Source of the DNA: Octopus sinensis
Lineage: Eukaryota
Direction of reading: 5' to 3'
Length of the DNA stretch: 64,000 nt
Assembly: GCF_006345805.1 (NCBI RefSeq)
Contig: NC_043001.1
Coordinates: 16,120,001-16,184,000, forward strand
Shown here: positions 28,411 to 38,492 of the stretch, in pieces
How positions within the stretch are numbered: the stretch's first letter is position 1
How the letters are laid out: each line of letters starts with the position of its first letter
The notes under the pieces: generated by a model
The model's input: only the letters and a program-made list of their open reading frames with translations
What the model was told of the DNA's origin: nothing
The model's database searches: none
Translations under genes and position numbers: made by a program

Positions 28411-29487
28411 CACAACACACACACATCTCTGCTGTTGTTTGATCCTTCTCGAGCCATGCCTGGCCCATAAGGGCCGGTTTGCCAGTTTCATTAGCGTAGA
28501 AGTTCCCCACCTGGACGGCTCACCGGTCCGTCGCAGGTGAGCTGCAAGATGCAGGAGGAAAGAGTGAGAGAAAGTTGTGGCGAAAGAGTCAACGGAAGTA
28601 CGCCATTACCTTCTGCTGGAGGCAGGTGGAGTTTAGGTATTTTCGCTCATAAACACACACATCTGAGATTCAAACATTGAACCTAATGTTTGCACCTTAT
28701 CGGCCTTGTGGCAAAATATGTTTATACGGACGCGTTGAGATTCATCGTAACATCTGTCTTAAGCATATGTCACATTACGTCATAAGCATTGGATAGTTAT
28801 GTTCATTTCCGAATAGAGTTGATCGTCTTAAGATCTCGATGTCGTTTGGCTCCAGATGGACACTGACCGAGCAGACAAGGATCGTGTGAGTTCAAGTCGC
28901 GACCATCCCATCGATTTATCAATATTGTTCAAGGTAGCCTTGGTTGTTTTTATTTTCAAGCGCTAGGATGTGATTTGAAAGGGATCTGGTTTCTGTTTCT
29001 AGCAGGTGGAGTAATAACGTCGCAATTCCTTCTTTGGCGATTCCTCGACTGCCAGTCCGCTGCTCTAACCACTAGGCCATGTGCCTCCACTCTCTTCGAC
29101 AGCGATCGCCGTTAGTCACTTTCAGACTTAATTCTTTTATGCGACATAAATTTTGACGCCGCAAAAAATAAACAAAAAGCAAATCTTAATTCTTTACTAC
29201 TCACAAGGGGCTAAACATAGAGGGGACAAACAAGGACAGACAAACGGATTAAGTCGATTACATCGACCCCAGTGCGTAACTGGTACTTAATTTATCGACC
29301 CCGAGAGGATGAAAGGCAAAGTCAACTTCGGTGGAATTTGAACTCAGAACGTAACGACAGACGAAATACCGCAAAGCATTTCGCCCGGCGTGCTAACGAT
29401 TCTACCAGCTCGCCGCCTTGACAAAAAGCAAATCTAACAGTTTTTCTGTGTTATAATTGGCACTTCTATGATGGCCTTGTAATCTAA

Positions 29488-29587
29488 NNNNNNNNNNNNN
29501 NNNNNNNNNNNNNNNNNNNNNNNNNNNNNNNNNNNNNNNNNNNNNNNNNNNNNNNNNNNNNNNNNNNNNNNNNNNNNNNNNNNNNNN
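29488..29587. other. Assembly gap (100 N)
   Basis: Run of n. Confidence 1.
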
Positions 29588-30125
29588 ATATATATATTAT
29601 AAACACACACATATATATATATATATATATATCACAACACATATATTATATATATATATATATATATACACACACATATATATATATATAATATATTGAT
29701 ATATATATGACGGGTTTCTTTTAGATTCTGGCTCATGAAATCCACCCACAAGGCTTTGGTCGGCCAGAGACAATAGTAGAAGACACTTACCGAAGGAGCC
29801 ACGCAGTGGGGCTGAACCTGGAACCTTATGGTTGGGAAACAAGCTACTAACCACACAGCCACTACTGCGTTCGAATTCCGCCGAGGTCGACTTTGCCTTT
29901 CATCCTTTCAGGGTCGATAAATTAAGTACCAGTTACGCACTGGGGGGCGGGGGTCGATGTAATCGACTTGATCCGTTTGTCTGTCCTTGTTTGTCCTCTC
30001 TCTGTGTTTAGCCCCTTCTGGGTAGTAAAGAAACATGTATTGTTTAGTGATTAATTTCTCTTTTTACACATTACGCGTTTTAATTTGGGGAAAATAACCT
30101 TGTAAGTTATGTTCTTTGCAAATAA

Positions 30126-30384
30126 CGGGGAAATTATGCGGAAGTGACGTATCGTCACAGAACCTCGTTCCCTTGTGCTCAAGTTGTCGACCTTTACACC
30201 CTTACATTACTTTTACTTTATTAATCATTAAGCCATATTAACTATCATGTAGTGAATCATACATATATTCGCTTATACACTGAATACCCACATTGCATTG
30301 AAATAAGCGAAGGAGACTGTTTACCTCTTGTTTCTTCTGCGCAGAACTGGGGGAAAAACCTGCGAAATTTTTTGGGGTTTTTCC
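30126..30384 (+). promoter_or_regulatory. Putative caspase-1 proximal promoter: ETS-CRE composite and kappaB-like sites
   Basis: CGGAAGTGACGT at 30139-30150 (overlapping ETS and CRE half-site). GGGGGAAAAACC (30349-30360) and GGGGTTTTTCC (30374-30384) resemble Rel/Dorsal sites. All lie within 300 bp upstream of the ATG. Motif match only. Confidence 0.4.
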
Positions 30385-30439
30385 GCGCGGTTTCTTGTTC
30401 CGACTCTTTTCTGCTTGTTCATACACATTCCGCTCAACC

Positions 30440-31291
30440 ATGGATTACGCAGATGCACAACGTGTTGAAGGTATATTTTTTAAAGAGAAAGATCCCGATT
30501 CACAACCTGAAGATGTTGAAATGGTGTCTGTTGAAGGAAGTAGCGAATCTGTAAATGCCAGATATGACATGGATCGCGAAAAAAAAAATCTGGCTTTAAT
30601 AATAAATAACGTGGAGTTTGACGAATCGACTGGTATGTCTTACCGACAAGGATCCGACAGAGATGCATCAGCAATTAAAAAGACTTTGAAGTCATTGCAT
30701 TTTGAGGTGATCGACCGCAAGAATTTATCAGTGAAAGACATGAAGCAAATCTTTAAGGATATATCCACGATGGAGCATGCGAAGTATAACTGCTTCGTTT
30801 GTGTTATATCGACTCACGGTGAAAATAATAACCACGTATGTGGCACTGATGGTAAAGTAAAACTTGACGATTTAGTGGAGTTGTTTCTTCCCGATAGATG
30901 TCCGAGCTTAATAGGTAAGCCAAAACTATTCTTCGTACAAGCCTGTCGGGGAAGGAAAGAGGACAGCGGTGCACCTATGCACGATGCCGGCGATTTTAGA
31001 GTGAAATATCAAAATGTCACATCTCACAAAGTACCACTTGGGGCCGACATGCTTCTGGCTTATTCCACTGTCCCTGGATTTTACTCCTATAGACGTTCTA
31101 CGACTGGATCTTGGTTCATTCAATCGCTAGCCCGCATTTTGGAAAAACACGGAGACCGACTTGAACTGCAACAATTAATGATTTTGGTAAACCGTAAGGT
31201 TGCCTGTGAATATCAGCATTCTTCCACTAGAAAGAAACAGGTTCCTTGCGTGGCAAACATGTTAATGAAAGAGTTATACTTTTACAAGTAA
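30440..31291 (+). CDS. Effector-type caspase (caspase-3/7-like), intronless, paralogue 1, 283 aa
   Basis: Uninterrupted ORF from ATG in good Kozak context (ACCATGG) to TAA. Peptidase C14 motifs: ALIINN, R-x-GS-x-x-D, catalytic THG, GKPKLFFVQACRG, ADMLLAYSTVPGFYSYR..GSWFIQ, KQVP, KELYF. Short prodomain, no CARD or DED. Confidence 0.93.
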   Translation: MDYADAQRVEGIFFKEKDPDSQPEDVEMVSVEGSSESVNARYDMDREKKNLALIINNVEFDESTGMSYRQGSDRDASAIKKTLKSLHFEVIDRKNLSVKDMKQIFKDISTMEHAKYNCFVCVISTHGENNNHVCGTDGKVKLDDLVELFLPDRCPSLIGKPKLFFVQACRGRKEDSGAPMHDAGDFRVKYQNVTSHKVPLGADMLLAYSTVPGFYSYRRSTTGSWFIQSLARILEKHGDRLELQQLMILVNRKVACEYQHSSTRKKQVPCVANMLMKELYFYK

Positions 31292-31878
31292 AATCTTTCC
31301 TCTTCTCTCTCTCTCTCCCCGTGTACACGTACTCTCTGTTATCTTGCTATACGTATCAGCCCTAAAGCTGTGAATGTAGGAAGTATATGTATATTTTTAT
31401 TTATATTTAGCAGAGGTGATAGATTCATTCAGGGTCCGAGAGCTTCGTACGTTTGATAAGTGCCAACGCAACAAACTTTCCAACTTTGAATCACTATGTT
31501 ACTTCTGAAGGCATAAAATATTTTTACAGAAATTAACGAATAATAAAAACCACAGATCTGAGGGTAAAAACGAAGTATGGCCAATAAAGGCATAAATAAA
31601 TGTATGTGTGTGTGAGTATGTAAAACACTTGAAATTTATATTTATCCATCTTAATTTCTGCTAAGAACATTTGCTAAATTTGTGCTGCTGGCGAACAATT
31701 TCTTTAAAATTATTAAATATTCTGATAAAATAAAAATAAAATTCATAATTTTATAATTTTATGTAATAACTATATGTATTGTTATTTTATAGCTATTTTT
31801 AAAGCATTTTTATGTGTAGCTGTATTTGTTTTCCTATGATGAAGGGTACTTGTCAAGTGGACAAGTACCTGATGAAAG

Positions 31879-32046
31879 CAGGAGCGTAGTTCAGTGGTGC
31901 GATCTCCCGCCTCCAGGGAGTACAGTTTTAAAAATTGGTGCTTTTTATAAAATGTGTTGAAAATTGTTGGTATGTTTCACTGTGCCTTTTAATTTTTTTT
32001 TTCATGTGCTCACTTCTCCTAACTTTAGAACCTGGCTACGCCTCTG
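31879..32046. mobile_element. Short hAT-like MITE
   Basis: CAGGAGCGTAGTTCAG ... CTGGCTACGCCCTCTG imperfect TIRs. TSD not clear. Confidence 0.45.
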
Positions 32047-32589
32047 GTTGATAAATTATAAAGTAGTAAACGTTAAAATCACCTTTTCAGCATTGAACCT
32101 CGCAGAGACAATCACAAGTGATCGAGGGTCATTGGTAATATGCTGTGCTTGAAAGGCGGCGAGCTGGCAGAAACGTTAGTCTGTCCATATTTGTCCTCTC
32201 TGTGTTTAGCCCCTTGTGGGTAGTAAAAAAATAAGTATTTCGTCTGATGCTACGTTCTGAGTTCAAATTCCGCCGAGGTCGACTTTGCCGTTCATCCTTT
32301 CAGGGTCGATAAATAAAGTACCAGATACGACTTAATTATCGACTTAATCCCTTTGTCTGTCCTTGTTTGTCCCTTCTGTGTTTAGCCCCTTGTGGGTTGT
32401 AAAGAAATAGGTATTTCGTCTGCCGCTACGTTCTGAGTTCAAATTCCGCCGAGGTCGACTTTGCCTTTCATCCTTTCGGGGTCGATTAAATAAGTACCAG
32501 CTACGCGCTGGGGTCGATGTAATCCGTTTGTCTGTCCTTGTTTGTCCTCTCTGTGTTTAGCCCCTTGTGGGCAGTAAAGAAATAGGTTT

Positions 32590-35500
32590 TGTTACTTGTG
32601 GTTAATTCTGTGGTGTATTTTTGCTTCAAGGTTAGTGTTGGAATTGTTGCTGATTTCTTTTCTTTGTGTTGTTAGTAATACCGTTCTTTTGTGGCAGACG
32701 GAGTGGACTTTTATTCCCCTCCGTGAGGGATGGGGCAATTATCTATTTTTTGTGGCGTTTTTCCACAAATTTATTTTGTTTAAAATGAATACTTCCTCTG
32801 CAGAGGAAAAAAACTGAAATGTTGAGTATGCCGACGGCAGACAAACTTGTAGAACCAGTAAGAAAGATTGATTTTGCAGCTGGAGTAAAAAAAAGAAAAA
32901 TTATGTGTTGACCAAGTGTGCTAATGCAGCACTACACCATGTTTCCAAAGGAGGGATACGACGTAAAAGCCACCCTCCCAAGTGAAATCATAGAAGAAAC
33001 TGCAAAAAAAATAGTTGTGTTTAAGACTCTTACAGAAGAAAAGAAACTCGACAAAGCACCAAAAAGAAGCTATAGAAAAATGCCTGCAGCCGATCTGGCC
33101 GGACATAGAATACCTGGCCAGAGGGAAACACTTTTCCACTGTAGTAGTTTATTTCAAGAGCGAAGAGAAAGCAAAAACACACTCAGTACAACCTTTGAGA
33201 ACCACAGACATTGTGATATTACCAACATACTTAGGCAGGCGCACATAAAAAATCACAAAAGAAGAGTTCCCGCCAGAAGTGAACGATTCATGGCTACTCC
33301 CAGCCCTACTAATGGGGCTCGAAGGCGAAATAACAATATTAGAGGCCTCAAAAATCCACCAGCAGAACTGGAAGGGGCAAGGTCTCGAGGTCATTATCTA
33401 AGCGGCGCCACAGACCCTGGAAAAGATCGTAAATAATATACACTTCCGAGAAGAAACCACCTTACAGGTAATGGTGGAGAGGAGAAGACCGTGGTGAGAA
33501 GGGCCACATGCGGGCAAACTGCACCGTAAGGTGCAGACGGCCCAAAAAAAGGATGCAGAAGAGGCAGAGACACAGAAGACCGACCAGCAGGCTCCCAACA
33601 ATGAAAACACTCAACCAGCTGGGAGTGAAGACGGATGGTTTACCGTAAAAAGAAAAAAGTAACCAAAAGGAAGAACCCCAATCCTGTCCCCTCAACATCC
33701 AGCTTGAAGAAAGAAAAAAAACTCCGTCAGCAGACAGACATGATATTCAAACTACCTCTCCCCACCACTATTCACAAAAAAATCATATCCCCTCCGTCTA
33801 ACCCTGATAACCTCAAGCCCCGATATTTCAGCCCCTCCAATCCCTATCCTCCAGTCCCAATATCCCTCCCCCTAGTACAGCCGAGGAAAATTATCCCTCT
33901 TCTCCAGTCCCCGGATAAAATATGGCAAAACAAGTTATTATTAGTGGCAATAAATGCCATGGACGAACAATTGACAACACGGATTAAAAATATACAAAAA
34001 CATTACACAAAACTTCCGGAAGGAATTTTGATAATACAAATAGATGATATAAATCTCGCAGTATTAAAATTATATTTCCCCACAGACATAGGCCCTCCGA
34101 GGTTGTAAGTCCATGTACGATGACCTATGTGAAACCACCCCTCGAAAAACCACCCCAAGGAAAAGGACAAGGACGAAAGCCAATGATGCCAAGGTAAGTA
34201 GATGGCTTGTATTCATGTTGGTTGTTTGAATGTGCGTGGCCTGGGGTCAAACTGGAAGCAAGGTCGCTTCCTTAATGACATCAGGTCGCGCAATTTGGAT
34301 GTCATTATTGCTACGGAAACCAGGTTAAGGGGGCCAAGAGATATCCTCCCGCAATTTGATGGCTATGAGAGTTTTTTCTCTCCGGGCTGTCCTACTGGCG
34401 GGAGTGGGGTGTTGGTCCTGTTAAAAACAAACTGGGTTTCTGAGAAAAAGTTAATTTTTTTTTCAGATCCAGAACGTAGGCTGGTCGTCATGGATTTCAC
34501 GCTTAATCGTGTTAAGATTATCAGACTCGTTGCAATTTATGCACCCACTGAAAACAGGCAAAGTGAGTATTTTCGGAACCTGGAGAAGTTTCTCTGTACA
34601 TCACATTCTCTAGTTGTGCTAGGAGACTATAACACAATCTGCGAGGTACGCGTAGATTATGTTGGTTCGTGTTCTGATAGAAGAGGTAATCCTTGCTTCC
34701 TGGAACTGCTAAGCCGCTTTGAGCAAGCAGATCCTTATAGGCTGGAATTTCCGAACGCTCCATTGTGGACATGGTCAAACAGCGACGGATCTTCCAGGTC
34801 ATACCTAGATAGGGTGTTAATTAGAAAAGTAGATAAGGATATTGTTAGGTGTCCACAGTTATTCCCGGTCAGCTACAGTAATCCTAAACTGATCACCTGT
34901 ACGCTCGACATAGATAAGTTATATATAATAGAGGATCCGGTTACTGGAAACTTAATACGTCTCTTTTTGGCGATTAAGGAGTACAGAGACCGGATTAAGT
35001 TATTGATTCAGAGGGCATTAACCGGATCTGTTATTAATAACAAATGGCGGTATGCCCTCAAGCGAGCCATTAAATTTGAGTCTATTAGATATAGCACAGG
35101 TTTAGTGGCTAGAGAGACTAGGAAGGGATTAGCATTAGCTAAGGACTTAGAGGAACCAATGGAATCTGGCTCTGCAGCTCAAGAGACTGGCGTTAAACCA
35201 GCACTTCGAAGCCCAACATATGGGTTGCATTGTCAGAGCTAGGATTCGTGCATTGGGTTGTGAAGGAATCGAGGCCGCGAGATGGGCCCGTGTGGTGGAA
35301 GCACAACGTGTCAACGATGGCACAACGTGTCAACGATGGCACAACTCGATCTTTGACAAACCAACGAGGTAAGTTGATAAACGAGCCCGAGGAGATGTGT
35401 GAGGTCTTTCAGGAGCACTTCACCCAGCTTTTCGGTGGAGGCGGCAGACCGGACAGTAGGAGGGACCTAACAGACTTCCTCGACTGGCTGCCGCGTTATC

Positions 35501-35682
35501 GAGGCAGAATGCGGAGTGTTGTGAAGGGCCGATCACGCCTGAGGAGGTAATTGAGGCTATGGCGGACTGCGGCACGCGTAAGGCGCCGGGACTGGATGGT
35601 CTGCCCTATGAACTGTATAAAAGTATGCCAGGCTTGTTCGGGCACCTGCTGGTGAATGTCTACACGAACTGGCAGCAGTAAG
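32590..35682 (+). mobile_element. Tx1/L1-like LINE, 5' portion, degenerate and 3'-truncated
   Basis: Frameshifted ORF1-like region at about 32800-34200. ORF2 from 34202 has APE motifs (CLNVRGL, ATETR, AIYAP, LGDYN, SYLDRV) and the RT start EGPITPEEV..KAPGLDGLPYELYK, cut off at about 35680. Confidence 0.85.
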
Positions 35683-35739
35683 TCATTTCAGTAAGTCTTC
35701 CTTGGCAATGGCTTTTCTCGTGTAATGAGAATGCAGCTG

Positions 35740-35770
<31 letters not shown>

Positions 35771-35772
<2 letters not shown>

Positions 35773-35972
35773 AATTAAGGACTGAACACGAAAAGTGGAC
35801 AGTCAACATGCTAGATATAGACGTCAAATCGCCATTCACCACAAAAGATTATGTTCTCAGATCAAACTGTGTTGAGTTTGATCTGAGAACATAATCTTTT
35901 GTGGTGAATGGCGATTTGACGTCTATATCTAGCATGTTGACTGTCCACTTTTCGTGTTCAGTCCTTAATTGG
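35771..35972. repeat. Perfect palindrome, 98-bp arms, 6-bp loop
   Basis: 35771-35868 is the reverse complement of 35875-35972. Embedded in (TA)n. Confidence 0.95.
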
Positions 35973-36072
35973 TATATATAATATTTTAATCTTCGGATTC
36001 TTTTTTAATATGCTAGACCACTGGTCTTAATTGATAAATATCAATTTCTACCCTTAATTAATTTTATATATA

Positions 36073-36119
<47 letters not shown>

Positions 36120-36422
36120 AGTGTGTATGTGTGTATAATATTCCTGTGTGTGAAACTGATAAGCTAAATACAATTTACGATAAAACTTTACCGTTTTATT
36201 TTAAACTATCAGTGATTTCAGAACAAAACCTTTTATAAAGGTTCGCCTGCATTTAGCATCTCTAACTCCTATCCACACCCATCTCCCTTTGTTGTTTTAC
36301 CCTTCGTCTCCCAGACAAATAATGCTGTATCGAATGGTTTGGAAAAAAGTAATAAAGAAGGGAAAACAACAACTTATATAAGTTGCTTGATGGTAACGAT
36401 AACGATAAATAAAAAAAAGAGA

Positions 36423-37282
36423 TACTGTAAATCCTCGAGTATAATCCGCATTTTTTCCCGAAATTTAAAGGTCAAAATCCCTAGTGCGTATTATATACGA
36501 GGTATCAAATGAAAAATATTTTCTAAGCAATGTCCGAGTCTCTATTTGCTGTCAGGCAATGTTTATTCAGACGCATTTTGTGATGTCGAGCGCGAAAATA
36601 CCTTAAGCTAAGCCTGAAAACAATGAAGTCATAAAGTGATTTATGGACTGAATAGATGTCGAATGAAGAAAAGTCGTTCACTAAAGGTGGAAGGGTTCGC
36701 GCTCCCGACCTGACTTTGAAATGCAAATGGATCGTGTATGCATAGAATGAACTTGACCTCCAGATTATAGTGAAAAGTTTTATCCAATGTTGTATATCGT
36801 CTGCATCAAATGTTGTATATCGTCTGCATCAAATGTATATCGTCTGCACTGGATGGTACTCAGGATGACTTTGTATGGAAAGATGAAATTAATGAAAGTG
36901 AATCTTCTGATGTTGACTTTGAATCTGACGATGACGGAGATTTACACTACAATGATGCTGACATGTTTACGGAGGAACAAATGGGACATTTATTTGATGC
37001 TGAAAGTGAAGCTGAATTTGAAGGATTTGAATAAATATTTTACTTTCGCTTTTGTAACTAATAGTGATAAATATGTAAAGGCAATTTATTTAATATTTAT
37101 TTTTCACTGAAGTTATTAGTTATTTCTTTATCTTCTGCAAACAAAATGTACAAAAAAAGCTATAAGCTTGCATTATGTTATATATACAATAATAATAAAG
37201 GACGTTATCGTATACATTTTTACAAACCAAGGACGTTATATAGACCTCCTTGACTCAGGTTAGAGAAGGGGTGCGTATTATA
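36423..37282 (+). mobile_element. pogo/Tigger-like DNA transposon deletion derivative
   Basis: Left end TACTGTAAATCCTCGAGTATAA with GTGCGTATTATA subterminal motif repeated at 37271. Transposase C-terminus TKGGRVRAP..KWIV..IIVKSF.QCCISSALDGTQDDFVW plus acidic tail. Right TIR missing. Confidence 0.8.
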
Positions 37283-38086
37283 CCTTAATCCTAAAACATC
37301 AACCCTAACCCTAAAACACTAACCCTAATCCTAAAACATCAACCCTAACCCTAAAACACTAACCCTAATCCTAAAACACTAACCCTAGCCCTAAAACACT
37401 AACCCTAATCCTAAAACCGCAACCCTAACCCTAAAACACTAACCCTAATCCTAAAACACTAACCCTAGCCCTAAAACACTAACCCTAATCCTAAAACATC
37501 AACCCTGACCCTAAAACACTAACCCTAATCCTAAAACATCAACCCTAACCCTAAAACACTAACCCTAACCCTAAAACACTAACCCTAATCCTAAAACACT
37601 AACCCTAGCCCTAAAACACTAACCCTAATCCTAAAACCGCAACCCTAACCCTAATCCTAAAACATCAACCCTAACCCTAAAACACTAACCCTAATCCTAA
37701 AACACTAACCCTAGCCCTAAAACACTAACCCTAATCCTAAAACCGCAACACTAACCCTAATCCTAAAACACTAACCCTAGCCCTAAAACACTAACCCTAA
37801 TCCTAAAACATCAACCCTAACCCTAAAACACTAACCCTATTCCTAAAACATCAACCCTAACCCTAAAACACTAACCCTAATCCTAAAACACTAACCCTAG
37901 CCCTAAAACACTAACCCTAATCCTAAAACCGCAACCCTAACCCTAAAACACTAACCCTAATCCTAAAACCCCAACCCTAACCCTAAAACACTAACCCTAA
38001 TCCTAAAACCCCAACCCTAACCCTAAAACACAAACCCTAATCCTAAAACCCCAACCCTAGCCCTAAAACACTAACCCTAACCCTAA
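37283..38086. repeat. 20-bp telomere-derived satellite, about 40 units of AACCCTAA(T/C)CCTAAAACACT
   Basis: Direct reading. Units contain CCCTAA (reverse complement of TTAGGG) with ACACT, ACATC, ACCGC and ACCCC variants. Confidence 0.95.
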
Positions 38087-38492
38087 GTAGAAAAATTTTT
38101 GGAAATTTTTTTCAGAATCATAATCTCCGTATATTACCGCATATTTTGAAAAAAAAAAAAAAAAAAAAAAAAACGGAAAAAGTTTAAAATGAAGAATTTA
38201 GGGTGGTGGGTAATTTCAAAATGCCGAGTTTTGCCTTCATTTTTTTTTTTTTTTTTTTTGCAGATTCGTATTCTCCGTAGCCGAAAATGGGAGTTTGTGG
38301 AGAAAAAATAAAAAAAACAAAATGATGGGGGTACGAAAGGAAGTTTTGCCCACTATTTTTATTGAGCTATATTTTGGTGATTGCCTCAAGGTTCGGCAAT
38401 ACCCTTAAGGAATTCATATTTATTTCCATGTCCTGCTGAAGACGACGTTTCCTTAGAAGTCGGTGAGAGAGAAGCGATAGGGGGAAACACAC

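Noticed and set aside
30395-30439. 15-aa N-terminal extension of the caspases in the ORF track (also 41390-41434)
   Set aside because: Starts at TTG under a prokaryotic rule. The first ATG, with strong Kozak context, is at 30440 and 41435.
31837-31873. SECIS element making the caspase a selenoprotein
   Set aside because: The caspase ORF has no in-frame TGA, the apical loop is too short, and the hairpin lies beyond several AATAAA signals.
37283-38086. True telomere or chromosome end
   Set aside because: Internal, 20-bp degenerate period rather than pure (CCCTAA)n, with ordinary sequence on both sides.
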